A stretch of 64,000 bases of DNA. It comes from Cyclobacteriaceae bacterium (lineage in GTDB: Bacteria > Bacteroidota > Bacteroidia > Cytophagales > Cyclobacteriaceae). Position numbers and translations under genes: made by a program. This document shows positions 48,695-61,872 of the stretch, one piece after another (positions within the stretch are counted from its first letter, which is position 1; every line of letters starts with the position of its first letter). The stretch lies in assembly GCA_036787955.1 (NCBI GenBank), contig DAIQOI010000004.1, positions 169,794 to 233,793 on the forward strand, given 5' to 3'. The notes under the pieces are model-generated. The model saw nothing but the letters and a program-made list of their open reading frames with translations, was not told where the DNA came from and ran no database searches.

Positions 48695-50106
48695 TTGCAG
48701 TTTTTTGCACCGCGTGGGTAATTTTCTCCCTGCAGGCTGTTGCTCAGCTCCCTGCAGAAGCCGACTCACTTTTATATGATAAAACCGAATACCCCGAATC
48801 CGACAGCCTTATTTACTCGGCTCACGAACTTCCCCAAGATGTAGAATACATTCCGGGCGAAGATGCACCCGATGTGATTCGTCAACGGCTTACTTCCCTT
48901 CAGCGTACCATCCCGCTTCGATACCACGAGCGCGTCCATGCCTTTATTAACTACTTCACCGTTCGCGACCGCGAATACACCCGCATGATCATCCGCAGGC
49001 GCGACCTCTATTTTCCTGTATTCGAAAAATACCTTGCTTATTATCAACTTCCCGATGAACTGAAATACCTGTCGATTATTGAATCCGGTCTTAACCCCAA
49101 AGCTGTTTCACGTGCCCGTGCAGTGGGACTCTGGCAGTTTATGTACTTCACGGGCCGGCATTACGGATTGCATATTGACAGGTTTGAGGATCAGCGCATG
49201 GACCCCTACCTGGCAACCGATGCTGCCTGCCGCTACCTGCGCGACCTGTACAACCTGTTTAACGACTGGGAGCTGGCGCTGGCCGCCTACAATGCCGGGC
49301 CCGGCAATGTAAAGAAGGCCATAAGGCGTTCGGGCTACAAAAAAACTTTTTGGGAAATTTATCCTTACCTGCCGCGCGAAACCCGCTCGTACGTACCTCA
49401 GTTTGTGGCCATGGTGTATACCTTGAATCACCTTGCCGAACATAACTTTATGGAAACAGAGCGCGAAGTACTGCCCCCGTACGACACGTTACAGATAAAC
49501 CATACCCTGCATTTTGAAACATTTGCCCTGCTGACAAACGGGTGCATCGAAGATTTACAGCGACTAAACCCCTCATTCGTGCGCAATGTAGTTCCCGATT
49601 CGCGCAAAAACTATACAATACGCATTCCGCGTTACATGACCGGTGCGTTGGAGGAAAACCGCACGGCCATCCTTGACTCTGCCGCAAAGACAGGCAAAGC
49701 CTACCTGCAAACGCTGGCAGCTGATAACAGCTTTGCCGGTACAAGTGGTCGTGAACGCATTGTTCATTACGTGCACAATGGCCAAACACTGAGTTCGCTT
49801 GCGCAGCGCTACGGTGTCCGGGTGGCTGATATTCAGGAATGGAACAACCTCAGGGGCACCACCATCCGCACGGGGCAACGCCTGTACATCTGGGTTAATC
49901 CTTCGCATGTGCCAGCCGTACAAAACAAGCCCGGACAACAACCGCAACATACCCTCAGCGCCAAAACCTACACCGTGCAGGAGGGCGACACGCTGTGGTC
50001 TATTACACGCAAGTACGAAGGCCTTACCGTTGAACGCCTGCGCCAGTTAAACAAACTGAACACCAATAAAATTTATCCAGGCCAGGTACTGGTTGTTGCC
50101 GATTAA
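48673..50106 (+). CDS. Lytic transglycosylase (SLT domain, MltD-like) with two C-terminal LysM domains
   Basis: The SLT motifs are LSIIESGLNPKAVSRARAVGLWQFM and AAYNAGPGNV. The LysM domains are HYVHNGQTLSSLAQRYGV... and YTVQEGDTLWSITRKY... The gene overlaps the end of gatA by 22 nt. Confidence 0.85.
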   Translation: MVIRNKIVAVFCTAWVIFSLQAVAQLPAEADSLLYDKTEYPESDSLIYSAHELPQDVEYIPGEDAPDVIRQRLTSLQRTIPLRYHERVHAFINYFTVRDREYTRMIIRRRDLYFPVFEKYLAYYQLPDELKYLSIIESGLNPKAVSRARAVGLWQFMYFTGRHYGLHIDRFEDQRMDPYLATDAACRYLRDLYNLFNDWELALAAYNAGPGNVKKAIRRSGYKKTFWEIYPYLPRETRSYVPQFVAMVYTLNHLAEHNFMETEREVLPPYDTLQINHTLHFETFALLTNGCIEDLQRLNPSFVRNVVPDSRKNYTIRIPRYMTGALEENRTAILDSAAKTGKAYLQTLAADNSFAGTSGRERIVHYVHNGQTLSSLAQRYGVRVADIQEWNNLRGTTIRTGQRLYIWVNPSHVPAVQNKPGQQPQHTLSAKTYTVQEGDTLWSITRKYEGLTVERLRQLNKLNTNKIYPGQVLVVAD

Positions 50107-50168
50107 CCGGATATAAAAATCACCTGTTACTTCCCGGCCAATTCGGCATTATGCTGTAAAATTGCATT

Positions 50169-51239
50169 ATGAAATACTGGATACTTCCTGTCATCGTCCT
50201 GGCCGCTGCCTGCTCATCCAAAAAAAACAAATCCGAATACCTCCCTTCTGCTTCAGGTAAGCCGGGCGATGTGATTGTGATGATGGATTCACTTCGCTGG
50301 AAAGGACCCCTGGGCGATGAGCTGCGGAAAATATTCAAGGCCGAAGTACCCGGACTGCCGCGCGATGAACCCATGTTCAATCTGATACATGTTCATCCGC
50401 GAATTAGCAACACCCTGCTCACACAAATCCGAAACCTGGTATTCGTGTTTACGCTTGAACCGGAGAGCCCCGGATCACGAATGCTTAAGGAACGATTTGA
50501 CGAAGAAACGCTGAAACGCATAGCCACAGATACTGCTTTTTTTCTGGCCACCGAGCAGGATGAATTTGCACGCGGTCAGGTAGTGATGTACCTGTTTGGC
50601 CCGACAGAAGAACAACTCATAAAAAAACTGAGGGAAAACCGCCAGAACATTCAAAACTATTTCAACAACCTTGAGAAAAAGCGCCTGATACAAAACATCA
50701 TGGCCACCACAACCACCAAGGGCATTACTGAAATGCTAAAGAAAAATTATGGATTTGAATTGCGGGTGCCGTTTGGATTCAAGGTGGCCGATGCCCAACA
50801 CGATTTTGTGTGGCTTCGCCAATTAGATGCGCATGTTGACAAGGATGTTTTTGTTTCGTGGAAGCCCTATGAAAGCGAATACCAGTTTCTGCCCGACAGC
50901 ATCCTGGCATGGAAAGACGAAATCACGCGCAGGTATATTTTCGAAGACCCCGACAATCCGCAAAGCTACCTGGTAGCCGAAACCACCGTTCCGTTTAAAC
51001 CCGTCAAGACAAAGCAAACCACCATCAACGGGCAATTTGCCATGGAGCTGCGTGGATTATGGCGCACCAACAACCGCACCATGGGAGGACCTTTTATCTG
51101 CTATGCGGTGGCCTTTCCGGAAACCGGAAAAATATTTTACCTGGAAGGCTTTTGCTTCAGTCCCGGCAAAGATCAGCGCGAAACCATTCGCGAGCTGGAG
51201 GCAATTCTCAACACTTTCCGCATTGTGCCCGGGTCCTGA
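50169..51239 (+). CDS. DUF4837 family lipoprotein
   Basis: There is a lipobox (VLAAACSS). The N-terminal KPGDVIVMMDSLRWKGPLGDELRKIF pattern matches what I recall of DUF4837. Confidence 0.65.
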   Translation: MKYWILPVIVLAAACSSKKNKSEYLPSASGKPGDVIVMMDSLRWKGPLGDELRKIFKAEVPGLPRDEPMFNLIHVHPRISNTLLTQIRNLVFVFTLEPESPGSRMLKERFDEETLKRIATDTAFFLATEQDEFARGQVVMYLFGPTEEQLIKKLRENRQNIQNYFNNLEKKRLIQNIMATTTTKGITEMLKKNYGFELRVPFGFKVADAQHDFVWLRQLDAHVDKDVFVSWKPYESEYQFLPDSILAWKDEITRRYIFEDPDNPQSYLVAETTVPFKPVKTKQTTINGQFAMELRGLWRTNNRTMGGPFICYAVAFPETGKIFYLEGFCFSPGKDQRETIRELEAILNTFRIVPGS

Positions 51240-51286
51240 TCCACTCTTTACAACCAGGATGTTTTAAGCAGTTTATCCATGACTGC

Positions 51287-51294
51287 TATATTTG
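51287..51294 (+). promoter_or_regulatory. Candidate -7 box (TAnnTTTG) for maeB
   Basis: TATATTTG lies 22 nt upstream of ATG 51317. Confidence 0.45.
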
Positions 51295-51316
51295 ACCACT
51301 TAAACCAACCGGTATC

Positions 51317-53593
51317 ATGTCGTTAAAAATCCGCAGAGAAGCAGCCTTACAATACCACATGCAGGGACAGCCCGGTAAGATTGAAGTGGTACCCACCAAA
51401 ATGCTTAGTTCCCAGCTCGACCTGGCGCTTGCTTATTCGCCGGGTGTGGCCGAACCCTGTAAGGAAATAGCCGCCAACAAGGAAGAAGCCTACAAGTACA
51501 CCGCCAAAGGCAACCTGGTGGCGGTCATCTCAAACGGAACTGCCGTACTGGGTCTGGGCAACATAGGTGCTGATGCCGCAAAACCGGTGATGGAAGGAAA
51601 AGGGGTATTGTTTAAGAAATTTGCCGGCATTGATGTGTTCGATATTGAAATTAACGAAACCGATCCTGATAAATTCATTCATATTGTACAATCACTCGAA
51701 CCCACTTTTGGCGGCATTAACCTTGAAGACATCAAAGCACCGGAGTGCTTTAAAATAGAAGCTGCTCTGCGGGAAAAGATGAACATACCTGTAATGCACG
51801 ACGACCAGCACGGAACAGCAATCATTTCCGGTGCGGCCCTCATCAACGCATTGGAACTGGTAGGAAAAAAAATCAGCGAAATAAAAATGGTGGTAAACGG
51901 AGCAGGCGCAGCAGCAATCAGTTGCACCCGCCTGTACCTTGAGCTGGGTCTGAAAAAAGAAAATCTGATAATGTGCGACAGCAAAGGCGTGATCAACAAA
52001 GACCGCACTGACCTGGACGAGATAAAAGCAGAGTTTGCCACATCGCAAAAAATAAAGACCCTTCAGGAGGCCATAAAAAATGCCGATGTTTTTCTGGGCT
52101 TATCCAAAGCAGATATACTGACCCCCGATGACATCCGGGCCATGGCACCTAACCCCATTGTATTCGCCCTGGCCAACCCGAATCCGGAAATAGATTACCA
52201 TCTTGCCAAAGAATCCCGCCCTGATCTGATTATGGCTACCGGCCGCAGCGACCACCCCAATCAGGTAAACAATGTGTTAGGATTTCCCTACATATTCCGC
52301 GGAGCGCTGGACGTACGGGCCACCGAAATCAACGAAGCAATGAAACTTGCTGCGGTTTACGCCCTGGCTGCCCTGGCCAAGGAACCTGTTCCTGATATTG
52401 TAGTACGCGCCTATGGCGAAGAAAAATTAACCTTCGGTCCGGATTATCTCATTCCTAAACCGCTTGACCCGCGCCTCATCACCACCATTGCTCCTGCCGT
52501 GGCCAAAGCCGCCATGGAATCGGGACTGGCACGCAAACCTATTACCGACTGGGGCGAATACCATCATCAATTGCTGAAGCGCATCGGGCTTGACCAAAAA
52601 CTCATGTCGCGCATCATTGACCGCGCCAAGAAAAATCCCAAACGCGTGGTGTTTGCCGAAGCACATCATCATAAAATACTGAAGGCAGCGCAGGTACTTC
52701 AGGACGAAGGCATTGCAAATCCGATTTTATTAGGCAATCGTGCCGAAATCGAAGGCCTTATCCAGGAACACAGCCTGGAACTGAATTGTCCGGTAATCGA
52801 TCCGCTGGATGACCCTAAAAAAACAGAACAATTTGCCAGGTTACTGCACAGCAAACGCCAGCGCAAAGGACTCACCTACCGCGACTGCCTTCAGCTGATG
52901 CGCGACCGCAACTACTTTGGTGCCATGATGGTAGAAACCGGTGAAGCAGATGCCCTGATCAGCGGACTTACCAAAGATTACCCCAAAACCATCCTGCCGG
53001 CTCTTCATTGCATCGGCATGGCCGAGGGCATAAGCCGCGTGGCCGGCATGTACATTATCATGAACAACAAAGGCACCTACTTCTTCTCCGATACCACCGT
53101 GAACCTGAATCCCACAGCCGAAGAACTGGTGGATATCATCGCGCTTACCGCACGCGGTGTACGCTTTTTTGACATCGAACCGCGCATTGCGGTACTGTCT
53201 TATTCCAACTTCGGATCATCGAAAGGCGAAGTGCCCGAAAAGACCAGTGCAGCAGTGCGTATGGCCAAACAAAAATTTCCGGACCTGATCATTGATGGCG
53301 ACATCCAGGCCAACGTGGCATTGAATACCTCGCTGCAACAGGAAAGTTTTCCTTTCAGTGCTTTGGCCAAAGATGGTGCCAACACACTCATCTTTCCCAA
53401 TCTCGCTGCCGGCAACATTGCTTACAAACTGCTCATGGAAATAGGCGGTGCCGAAGCCATCGGACCGGTTTTGCTGGGCATGAAAAAACCTGTTCACGTT
53501 TTACAGTTGGGAAGCTCCATACGCGAAATCGTGAACATGGCCGCCATAGCCGTAGTGGATGCTCAATTGCTCACTCAGTCCGGCCGGTTGTAA
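51317..53593 (+). CDS. maeB: NADP-dependent malic enzyme with a C-terminal phosphotransacetylase-like domain
   Basis: The N-terminus ALQYH..GKIEV.PTK, the motifs [15 protein letters not shown] and VVNGAGAAA, the 758-aa length and the PTA-like C-terminal half all fit. Confidence 0.93.
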   Translation: MSLKIRREAALQYHMQGQPGKIEVVPTKMLSSQLDLALAYSPGVAEPCKEIAANKEEAYKYTAKGNLVAVISNGTAVLGLGNIGADAAKPVMEGKGVLFKKFAGIDVFDIEINETDPDKFIHIVQSLEPTFGGINLEDIKAPECFKIEAALREKMNIPVMHDDQHGTAIISGAALINALELVGKKISEIKMVVNGAGAAAISCTRLYLELGLKKENLIMCDSKGVINKDRTDLDEIKAEFATSQKIKTLQEAIKNADVFLGLSKADILTPDDIRAMAPNPIVFALANPNPEIDYHLAKESRPDLIMATGRSDHPNQVNNVLGFPYIFRGALDVRATEINEAMKLAAVYALAALAKEPVPDIVVRAYGEEKLTFGPDYLIPKPLDPRLITTIAPAVAKAAMESGLARKPITDWGEYHHQLLKRIGLDQKLMSRIIDRAKKNPKRVVFAEAHHHKILKAAQVLQDEGIANPILLGNRAEIEGLIQEHSLELNCPVIDPLDDPKKTEQFARLLHSKRQRKGLTYRDCLQLMRDRNYFGAMMVETGEADALISGLTKDYPKTILPALHCIGMAEGISRVAGMYIIMNNKGTYFFSDTTVNLNPTAEELVDIIALTARGVRFFDIEPRIAVLSYSNFGSSKGEVPEKTSAAVRMAKQKFPDLIIDGDIQANVALNTSLQQESFPFSALAKDGANTLIFPNLAAGNIAYKLLMEIGGAEAIGPVLLGMKKPVHVLQLGSSIREIVNMAAIAVVDAQLLTQSGRL

Positions 53594-53615
53594 ACACCAC
53601 AATTTAACATTAGTC

Positions 53616-53648
53616 GTTACATTTACAGCTCAGGCTTCAAAATGTAAC
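53616..53648. repeat. Perfect 9-bp inverted repeat, GTTACATTT-N15-AAATGTAAC, just upstream of ruvA
   Basis: I read it directly from the sequence. The right arm ends 4 nt before the ruvA ATG (53653), and the left arm starts 23 nt after the maeB stop. Confidence 0.6.
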
Positions 53649-53652
53649 TTGC

Positions 53653-54243
53653 ATGATCGCCTTTTTAAAAGGTAGGTTGGCCCATAAGGAACCAACCTAC
53701 GTGATTATCGATGTACATGGAGTAGGTTATCAGGTAAACATATCGCTCCAGACGTTTGGAGATATAAAGGATCGCGAAGAGGTTTTCTTACATACCTATC
53801 TGGCTGTACGCGAAGATGCGCATGTACTGTACGGGTTCTCCACGCCCGCCGAGAAAAATCTTTTTCTTCACCTGATTAGCGTTAACGGGGTAGGCCCGGG
53901 TACCGCACTCATCATGCTTTCGTACATGAGTGTGGAAGAACTGAGCATGGCTATTGCGCGTGAAGATGCCGCGGCCCTTCAGCGAATAAAAGGCATCGGC
54001 ACCAAAACAGCCCAGCGCGTTATCATTGACCTGAAAGACCGGATCCGCAGGGAAAAGGATATAGAAATGACAACCATGATAAACCCTGCGCACAATACCA
54101 TGCGGCAGGAAGCGTTAACAGCATTACTAACCTTGGGCATTCCCCGAAGTGCGGCTGAGAAAAGTGTGGATATGGTCCTGAAAAAATCAGGGAATACCAT
54201 TACTTTGGAAGATTTGATTAAACAGGCTCTGAAAGCGACCTGA
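53653..54243 (+). CDS. ruvA: Holliday junction branch-migration complex subunit RuvA
   Basis: Motifs present are MIAFLKGRL, DVHGVGYQV, FGF, LISVNGVGP (first HhH) and IKGIGTKTAQR (second HhH). Confidence 0.93.
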   Translation: MIAFLKGRLAHKEPTYVIIDVHGVGYQVNISLQTFGDIKDREEVFLHTYLAVREDAHVLYGFSTPAEKNLFLHLISVNGVGPGTALIMLSYMSVEELSMAIAREDAAALQRIKGIGTKTAQRVIIDLKDRIRREKDIEMTTMINPAHNTMRQEALTALLTLGIPRSAAEKSVDMVLKKSGNTITLEDLIKQALKAT

Positions 54244-54250
54244 GTAACTT

Positions 54251-57200
54251 TTGACCTTGAACCTGAACCGCTTCGTTACTGTTATCGGTATAGCTTTACC
54301 GTTATGGTGCTTCCATACGGAGGCACAGGCTGCCCCCTTTCAGCAGCAGGATACTACCCGCCATACCTACCGCCCTACGCGCAGACCTACTTTTAAGCTA
54401 CAAGATCGGTTTGGCGACCCTTTTTCCAATCATACAACCTCATCGCCTCTGTTTCTGAAAGACCCTTCCAAAATTCATTATGATATCAGGGTTGACTCGT
54501 CCGTAAACTACACTGTGTACGAGCGCATGGGCAACCTGGATTTCAGGCCGGCCACCACCATTACTTTCGATGAGTTTAATGAATACCACAGGCGCCAGCT
54601 CATGCGCAGCTACTGGCAGGGGCGATCGCGCATGCAGGCTGGCGAAAGCCCGGTGAGCAACCGCGGTTTTGCCCCTAAAATTTATATCAGCCCGGTACTC
54701 GATCGAATTTTCGGTGGCAGCTATGTCGAGCTTATCCCACGCGGCTTCGTGACCCTCGACTTCGGAGCCTCCTTTCAACGCATTGATAACCCGAACATCC
54801 CTATCCGCATGCAACGCAACGGAGGATTTGAATTCGACCAGCAAATTAATATGAGTGTCATCGGAAAGGTGGGTGAAAAGCTGACCGTAAATGCCAATTT
54901 CGACAATAACAACTCATTCGATTTCCAGAACAACATGAAAATTGAATACACCGGTTTCAAGGAAGATATTCTTAAAAAACTGGAAATCGGTAATGTAAGC
55001 CTGCCGCTCAACAATACTTTAATACAGGGAGCACAAAACCTGTTTGGCGTGAAAGCGCAGTGGCAGTTTGGCAAGCTCTATGTTACTACCGTAGCTTCTA
55101 CGCAACGCGGTAAGGTTTCATCCATCGATATACCCGGTAGCAATCAAGGTCAGGGAAGGCCATTTGAAATCGTGGCCTCAAACTATGATGAAAACCGTCA
55201 TTTTTTCCTGGCTCACTTTTTCCGCGACAACTATGAACGGTGGCTCCAACATCCGCCACAGATTTTTTCCGGTGTAAACATCACACGGGTGGAAGTGTAT
55301 GTGCTTAACCGCAGCAACGACACCCAGACACTGCGCAACGTGGTAGGTTTAATGGATTTGGGCGAAGGAAGCACTGTTTACAATGACAACGTGCAAAGTC
55401 GCATACCCGGCCCGGCCTTTAATGGCGCCAACGATCTATCGCAGGTACTGAACCTGGGAGCGCCCAGTCGCCTGTCAGATCAGATTTCCAACTACCTGGA
55501 AAACATCATTTACGGTCCGGGCGCCATGGTAAACGGCACCGACTTTGAACGTATAACCAGCGCCCGCAAACTCAGCCCAACAGAATTTACCTTTCATCGC
55601 CAGTTAGGGTACATTACACTGGCACGCAAGCTGCAAAACGATGAAGCACTGGCCGTAGCCTTTGAATACACTTACAACGGCCGCACCTACAAGGTGGGCG
55701 AGCTGACCGAAGACTACAACAGCCGCCCGGACAATGAGGTAATTTTCCTCAAGCTCCTTCGTCCTCGCAAAATCGCCATACGCGACAGCCGCCAACGCAT
55801 CATCCCTACCTGGGACCTGATGATGAAAAACATCTACACATTAAACGTAACCCAACTTTCACGCGAGGGATTTCAACTACGCATCGTTTACCGCGATGAC
55901 CGGACCGGCATTGACAACCCCCAGTTGCAGGAAGGCATAAATGTGCGCAACCGGCAACTCATTGAAGTCTTCGGACTGGACCGGCTCAATCCGGTAAACG
56001 ACCTGCAACGCGATGGAAACTTTGACTTCGTGGAGGGTCTGACCATTAACACCCAGTATGGGATGATTATATTTCCTTTTGTCGAGCCTTTTAACACGGC
56101 TTTGCGGCAGGCCTTTGCAGGCGAGCCCCAGGAAGAGTTTCTTATTAATAAATATGTGTACGACACGCTGTACCGCACCACCAAAGCCGATGCTGAATTA
56201 TTTGTTACCAAAAACAAATTTTTTCTTGTAGGTCGTTACGTAGCCAATTCAGCAAAAGAAATACTAATCCCGGGCTTCGGCGTAACTCCGGGCTCAGTAC
56301 GCGTTTTTGCCGGAGGCACCCCGCTTATCGAAGGCTTGGATTACAATGTTGATTATACTTTCGGGCGCGTTACTATACTTAACGATGCCATCATCAACTC
56401 GGGAAAAAACATCAGTGTGCAGTACGAACAGGCCGATCCATTTGCTTTTCAAACCCGTTCACTGCTGGGTACCCGTTTCGATTATAAACTGAATGATGAT
56501 GTAAATTTTGGATCCACACTATTGTATTACAATGAACGACCGTGGATTAGCCGCAACCTCATCGGCACCGAACCGGCACGCAACCTTCAATACGGATTGG
56601 ACTTCAATGTGCGCAAGGAGAGCCGCCTGCTGACCAAACTGGTGGATGCCTTGCCGGGTATTGAGACCAGGGAGAAATCGGCATTTAACTGGAGCGGAGA
56701 GTTTGCCCAACTAATCCCCGGCACATCCGTACGGGTAGAGGGGGCTGGTACAGGCTATATCGATGATTTCGAAAATTCGGCAACGCCCTTTTCCCTGCTC
56801 AACCCTGCGGCCTGGCGCCTGGCTGCCACGCCACGCACGGCCGATAACCGCTTCGACCCCAGTTTGGGCGCACGCAACGATATCCGGGCCGGCTACAAGC
56901 GATCTAAACTGGCCTGGTACGTGGTCGATAATCAGTTCTACCGCGATGGCGGGCAGTTTAAACCACCCAACATAACCGGGGCCGATCTGCAGAACCACTA
57001 TGTGCGTGCCGTAGGCCCGCAGGAGATTTTCCCTTTCCGGAATCTCACACAAGGCAATTTTTTTGAAACCGTACTGGACGTGGCCTACTACCCCACCGAA
57101 CGCGGGCCGTTTAACTACGACACCCAAAACCTCAATCCGCTGACGGGCGATTTTACCGATCCGGCTAATCGCTGGGCAGGCATTACTACAGCCATCCGTT

Positions 57201-60200
57201 CGGAAGTTGACTTTGACAAAGCCAATATCGAATATATTGAATTCTGGCTGCTGGACCCCTTCATCAACTATACCGAAAACGGAAAAATAATTGACGGCAA
57301 ATTCAACGACTTCAACACAACCGGCGGTAAACTGATTTTTCACCTGGGCTCCATCAGCGAAGACATTATGCGCGATGGGCGCCATGCTTTTGAAAACGGT
57401 CTGCCGCCCGATGGCGATGTAACCAAAGCCACCGAAAACAACTGGGGCTATGTTACCAACCAGCAATACATCACCAATGCATTCGATAATTCGCCTGAAT
57501 CCAGAAATAACCAGGATGTAGGTTTAGACGGTGTGAGAAATGATATGGAAGCCATAAAATTTCAGGATTTCCTCACCACTGCAGCAGGCCTACTTAACCC
57601 CGAGCCACTGGCACAGCTACAGGCCGATCCGTCATCGGATAACTTTAAATTCTTTTTTGGCTCCGACCTCGATGCACGCAATGCCAAAATCCTGGAACGC
57701 TATAAAAACTTCAACGGCACCGATGGCAATACTCCCATCAATACCGGCACCGCCATTCCGCAATCGAACGGTTTCTTGCCGGACAATGAAGACCTCAACG
57801 CTGACAATACACTGAATGAACTGGAAGAATATTACGAGTACAATATTGACTTACGGCCGGGCCAGCTGGAAATAGGCCGCAAGTACATTGTTGATAAAAT
57901 CACTACCCGTGCCACAGGTGGTACCGACCAGGTAACCTGGTACCTGTTCCGTATTCCGGTGCGCAATTTCGATGGTCGCTTCGGCAACATCGAAGGTTTC
58001 AAATCCATTCGTTACGTCCGCATGGTGCTTACCGGATTCCAGCAGCCCGTGGTGCTGCGCTTTGCCAACTTCCGCATGATTGGCTCCCGCTGGAGAAGAT
58101 ACACCGAGAGCCTAGAACAAGGTGGACTGGTACCTGACCGTGAGCCCGACTTCGACAATTTTACCCTTTCGGTAGTAAATATTGAAGAAAATGCCGCCCC
58201 CGACCCCAGCGGCCGGAAATCGCCCTATGTCGTTCCTCCCGGCATTATCCGCGACCGCGATAATACTTCGGCCGTGCCCCGGCAATTGAATGAACAATCC
58301 ATGCAACTGTGTGTGGACAACCTGATGGATGGTGATGCCCGTGCAGCTTACAAAAATGTAGAAATGGATTTTTTCAACTACGGAAGAGTAAAAATGTTTG
58401 TGCATGCCAACAGCGAATCGGATGATGACGACCTGGTGATATTCATGCGCCTGGGTACTGACTTCGACCAGAATTATTACGAAGTTGAACTACCCCTGAA
58501 AATCACCAAACCGGCCAACACCACCGATCCGCGGGCCATCTGGCCCGAGGAAAATGAGTTTGACTTTGCGCTTAACACCCTGTACGCCCTAAAAGCTGAA
58601 CGCGACCGCCTGCGCTTCCCGCTTACCCAGCCGTTTCCCCAGGAAGGACCACGCGTAATCGGCCGGCATGGCTTTCGCATCATGGGGCGTCCGGATTTAA
58701 GCAACGTGCGCCTGCTGATGATAGGCATCCGCAACCCGCGCACCCCCGATAAACGCGCCCATTCAGCATGTGTATGGGTAAATGAACTGCGGCTGACAGA
58801 CTTCGACCGAACAGCAGGCTGGGCCGTAAATTCAACACTCGGCTTAAAACTGGCCGATCTGGCCACCGTATCCTCTTCCATCCGGCATACTACCTTTGGT
58901 TTTGGCAGCGTGAACTCTAAAATAAGCGAACGCACACGCGAAGAGATTACTGCCTTCGATATCACCTCTTCCATTAACCTGGATAAAATGCTGCCCGGCC
59001 GGCACGGCCTGGTACTGCCCATGCTGGTGAGTTATCAAACCACCACCATGAACCCCAATTACGACCCGGCCAACCCCGACCAGCGGCTCGAAGCCGCACT
59101 GCAGTCGTTCAATACCGATGAAGAACGCGAAGCCTACCTGCGCATCATCCGCGACCGCGAAATACGAAGGGCCATCAACTTCACCAATGTACGCAAAACC
59201 AAAGTACGGCAGGATGCGCCTTCTCACCTGTGGGATATTGAAAACTTTTCATTCAGCTACCGGTATAGCCAGATAACACGCACCAACTTCAACATAGCCG
59301 ACTTTGTAAAAAATGATTATGGCGGATCGGTAGCTTACAACTTCTCGCCCAAGAGCAAAGGCTTTGAGCCCTTTAAGGAAAGCGAAGGGTTAAAATCGCC
59401 TTACCTGAAACTGATCAAAGATTTTAACCTGAACCTGATGCCCACCAGCATTGGCGTGCGGGCCGATCTGGATCGATCTTTTTCACGAACTATTTACCGA
59501 AACTTTCTTTCAGAGTCGGAACCCAACTACCTGAAGTATTTCACCTTTAACCGCTTCTACAATGCCCAGTGGAGCCTGTCGCGCAACCTGAACCTAACCT
59601 ATGCGGCACGTGCCAACGCCATTATAGATGAACCCGAAGGCGACATTAACACACCCGAAAAGCGCGACAGCGTAATGAACAACCTGAAACGATTCGGCCG
59701 GATGAAAAATTTCGATCAGAACATCACCATGAATTACAAGCTGCCGCTGGACAAAATACCCTTCACCGACTGGCTGGACGCTGATTACCGGTATCAGGTA
59801 AATTACAACTGGAAGGCCGGCCCGTTCAATAAGCCCGACAGCCTGGTGCGCCCAGGCGAACAGGACTTACCCGATAGCCTTGATTTTAAAAACACCGTTC
59901 AGAACAGCCGCGAACGTGCCATCACCGGGCAATTAAATATGGTGAAGCTGTACAACAAGATTAAATTTCTGAAAGAAATCAACACCCCGCCACGCCCTCA
60001 GGCCAGGCCAACCAGCAAACCCGATACGGTGCGCGCCACACCACAATGGGTAAAAAATTTCTTCCGTATGCTGATGATGGTGCGTTCCGTTAACGCCACC
60101 TATTCTGTTTCAGAGGGAACCCTGCTGCCGGGTTTCGATCCTACACCGCGCTTTCTGGGCATGGACCGGCAATGGAACGCACCCGGCTGGGATTTTATTC

Positions 60201-61417
60201 TGGGCAGTCAGAATCCGGATATCCGAAGAAATGCGGCAGACAACGGGTGGCTGACCCGCAACCCCTTGCTAACCACACCTTTTACACAAAATGTTTCGCG
60301 CAACATCAGCGGAAGGGCCACCATTGAGCCTTCTAACGACATGAAAATTCAGTTGGACTTTAAAAAAGATGTAATGGATTCCTACCAGGAAATATTCCGG
60401 TTCGACAACCTGCAAAATGACTACGTATCACTTAATCCGAGCCGGAGTGGCAGTTACCGCATCTCAACCATCGCCATTAAAACAGCCTTTCGTTCGGATA
60501 ATAACGACCTGGTTTCCTCTGCTTTCCGGGAATTCGAACAAAAACTTGATCCGGTGATGCAGCGTTTCCGCACCATCACCGGCAACGAATACGACACCAT
60601 CGGCCAGGATGTGCTGATACCTGCCTTCGTTGCGGCCTACACCGGTAAAGATGTCAATAAAATGAACCTGAGTCCTTTTCAGCGCACACCCCTGCCCAAC
60701 TGGCGCATTGATTATACCGGCCTGAATAAAATAAAAGCACTTCAAAACGTATTTCAGTCAGTCACCATTTCGCATGCTTACTCAGCATCTTACTCCGTAA
60801 TGAATTTCTCAAATTCGCTGCAATACACCGGGCCTGACACGCTGGGCGTTAACATTCCGTTAGAACGCTACAACAACGGCTTTTTTGCCCGACCCAATGC
60901 CAACGGGCAGATTGTACCGATATATATTATCAGCCAGGTGATGATATCCGAGCAATTCGCACCCCTCATTGGCATTAACCTGCGCACGCGCACCAGGTTC
61001 ACAGCCCGCGCCGAATACAAAACCAAACGCGACCTGGCACTGAATATTTCAAATGCCCAGGTAACAGAAATGAATACCAAAGACTTCTCACTCGAAATCG
61101 GTTATACCAAAAACAACATGAAGCTGCCTTTTAAAATTGAAGGCCGTACTACCGTTTTGAAGAATGATGTAACCTTCCGGATGAACCTCACCGTATCCGA
61201 TCAGTCCACCATCCAGCGAAAAATCAACGACCAGAATATCCTGACCAACGGCAACATCAACTTTCAGCTACGGCCCAACATCAGCTACGTGGTAAATCAA
61301 CGATTCAACATACAGGCCTACTTTGAGCGCACCGTCAATACCCCGCAGGTTTCCAATTCCTTCAAGCGTGCAGTAACACGCTTCGGCTTCCAGATGCGCT
61401 TCAGCCTGGCTCAGTAA
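54251..61417 (+). CDS. sprA: T9SS translocon / gliding-motility cell-surface protein SprA (2388 aa)
   Basis: It is a giant single ORF of the size characteristic of SprA, with a signal peptide. Conserved blocks as I recall them are present (GNVSLPL...[13 protein letters not shown]). The C-terminus is beta-barrel-like (...[13 protein letters not shown]). The TTG start lies 7 nt after ruvA. Confidence 0.88.
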   Translation: MTLNLNRFVTVIGIALPLWCFHTEAQAAPFQQQDTTRHTYRPTRRPTFKLQDRFGDPFSNHTTSSPLFLKDPSKIHYDIRVDSSVNYTVYERMGNLDFRPATTITFDEFNEYHRRQLMRSYWQGRSRMQAGESPVSNRGFAPKIYISPVLDRIFGGSYVELIPRGFVTLDFGASFQRIDNPNIPIRMQRNGGFEFDQQINMSVIGKVGEKLTVNANFDNNNSFDFQNNMKIEYTGFKEDILKKLEIGNVSLPLNNTLIQGAQNLFGVKAQWQFGKLYVTTVASTQRGKVSSIDIPGSNQGQGRPFEIVASNYDENRHFFLAHFFRDNYERWLQHPPQIFSGVNITRVEVYVLNRSNDTQTLRNVVGLMDLGEGSTVYNDNVQSRIPGPAFNGANDLSQVLNLGAPSRLSDQISNYLENIIYGPGAMVNGTDFERITSARKLSPTEFTFHRQLGYITLARKLQNDEALAVAFEYTYNGRTYKVGELTEDYNSRPDNEVIFLKLLRPRKIAIRDSRQRIIPTWDLMMKNIYTLNVTQLSREGFQLRIVYRDDRTGIDNPQLQEGINVRNRQLIEVFGLDRLNPVNDLQRDGNFDFVEGLTINTQYGMIIFPFVEPFNTALRQAFAGEPQEEFLINKYVYDTLYRTTKADAELFVTKNKFFLVGRYVANSAKEILIPGFGVTPGSVRVFAGGTPLIEGLDYNVDYTFGRVTILNDAIINSGKNISVQYEQADPFAFQTRSLLGTRFDYKLNDDVNFGSTLLYYNERPWISRNLIGTEPARNLQYGLDFNVRKESRLLTKLVDALPGIETREKSAFNWSGEFAQLIPGTSVRVEGAGTGYIDDFENSATPFSLLNPAAWRLAATPRTADNRFDPSLGARNDIRAGYKRSKLAWYVVDNQFYRDGGQFKPPNITGADLQNHYVRAVGPQEIFPFRNLTQGNFFETVLDVAYYPTERGPFNYDTQNLNPLTGDFTDPANRWAGITTAIRSEVDFDKANIEYIEFWLLDPFINYTENGKIIDGKFNDFNTTGGKLIFHLGSISEDIMRDGRHAFENGLPPDGDVTKATENNWGYVTNQQYITNAFDNSPESRNNQDVGLDGVRNDMEAIKFQDFLTTAAGLLNPEPLAQLQADPSSDNFKFFFGSDLDARNAKILERYKNFNGTDGNTPINTGTAIPQSNGFLPDNEDLNADNTLNELEEYYEYNIDLRPGQLEIGRKYIVDKITTRATGGTDQVTWYLFRIPVRNFDGRFGNIEGFKSIRYVRMVLTGFQQPVVLRFANFRMIGSRWRRYTESLEQGGLVPDREPDFDNFTLSVVNIEENAAPDPSGRKSPYVVPPGIIRDRDNTSAVPRQLNEQSMQLCVDNLMDGDARAAYKNVEMDFFNYGRVKMFVHANSESDDDDLVIFMRLGTDFDQNYYEVELPLKITKPANTTDPRAIWPEENEFDFALNTLYALKAERDRLRFPLTQPFPQEGPRVIGRHGFRIMGRPDLSNVRLLMIGIRNPRTPDKRAHSACVWVNELRLTDFDRTAGWAVNSTLGLKLADLATVSSSIRHTTFGFGSVNSKISERTREEITAFDITSSINLDKMLPGRHGLVLPMLVSYQTTTMNPNYDPANPDQRLEAALQSFNTDEEREAYLRIIRDREIRRAINFTNVRKTKVRQDAPSHLWDIENFSFSYRYSQITRTNFNIADFVKNDYGGSVAYNFSPKSKGFEPFKESEGLKSPYLKLIKDFNLNLMPTSIGVRADLDRSFSRTIYRNFLSESEPNYLKYFTFNRFYNAQWSLSRNLNLTYAARANAIIDEPEGDINTPEKRDSVMNNLKRFGRMKNFDQNITMNYKLPLDKIPFTDWLDADYRYQVNYNWKAGPFNKPDSLVRPGEQDLPDSLDFKNTVQNSRERAITGQLNMVKLYNKIKFLKEINTPPRPQARPTSKPDTVRATPQWVKNFFRMLMMVRSVNATYSVSEGTLLPGFDPTPRFLGMDRQWNAPGWDFILGSQNPDIRRNAADNGWLTRNPLLTTPFTQNVSRNISGRATIEPSNDMKIQLDFKKDVMDSYQEIFRFDNLQNDYVSLNPSRSGSYRISTIAIKTAFRSDNNDLVSSAFREFEQKLDPVMQRFRTITGNEYDTIGQDVLIPAFVAAYTGKDVNKMNLSPFQRTPLPNWRIDYTGLNKIKALQNVFQSVTISHAYSASYSVMNFSNSLQYTGPDTLGVNIPLERYNNGFFARPNANGQIVPIYIISQVMISEQFAPLIGINLRTRTRFTARAEYKTKRDLALNISNAQVTEMNTKDFSLEIGYTKNNMKLPFKIEGRTTVLKNDVTFRMNLTVSDQSTIQRKINDQNILTNGNINFQLRPNISYVVNQRFNIQAYFERTVNTPQVSNSFKRAVTRFGFQMRFSLAQ

Positions 61418-61445
61418 TTACCCTTGGACATTCGGGCATTACCTG

Positions 61446-61453
61446 TAATTTTG
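61446..61453 (+). promoter_or_regulatory. Candidate -7 box (TAnnTTTG) for gcvH-lipA
   Basis: TAATTTTG lies 23 nt upstream of ATG 61477. Confidence 0.4.
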
Positions 61454-61476
61454 GGACGTTCTTAAAACCTTGTTCC

Positions 61477-61857
61477 ATGAACTTACCATCCGACCTTAAG
61501 TACACCAAAGATCACGAGTGGATTAAACTGCAGGGCAATATTGCCACCGTGGGCATAACCGATTTTGCACAAGGCGAACTGGGCGATATTGTTTATGTTG
61601 ACATTACCACCCTTGGCCAGGAGCTGAATCAGCACGATGTTTTCGGAACAGTGGAGGCCGTTAAAACCGTGTCTGACCTGTTTATGCCTGTAGCCGGAAA
61701 AGTAGTGGAAAAAAATACCGCTCTTGACAGCAGTCCGGAAAAAGTAAACAAAGATCCGTATGGCGAAGGCTGGATGATTAAGATTGAAGTGAAGAATCCT
61801 GCCGATATTGAGGCCCTGCTCACCGCCGAGCAATACAAGGAACTTATCGGAAAGTAA
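61477..61857 (+). CDS. gcvH: Glycine cleavage system protein H
   Basis: Motifs present are YTKDHEW, GITDFAQ..LGDIV and the lipoyl-lysine motif [10 protein letters not shown]. Confidence 0.95.
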   Translation: MNLPSDLKYTKDHEWIKLQGNIATVGITDFAQGELGDIVYVDITTLGQELNQHDVFGTVEAVKTVSDLFMPVAGKVVEKNTALDSSPEKVNKDPYGEGWMIKIEVKNPADIEALLTAEQYKELIGK

Positions 61858-61872
61858 GTTGTTGTGTTGTAG

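Noticed and set aside
56711-57466. A 251-aa minus-strand ORF inside sprA, together with several smaller ORFs in 54.4-61.1 kb.
   Set aside because: All are embedded antisense or out of frame in the uninterrupted 2388-codon sprA ORF.
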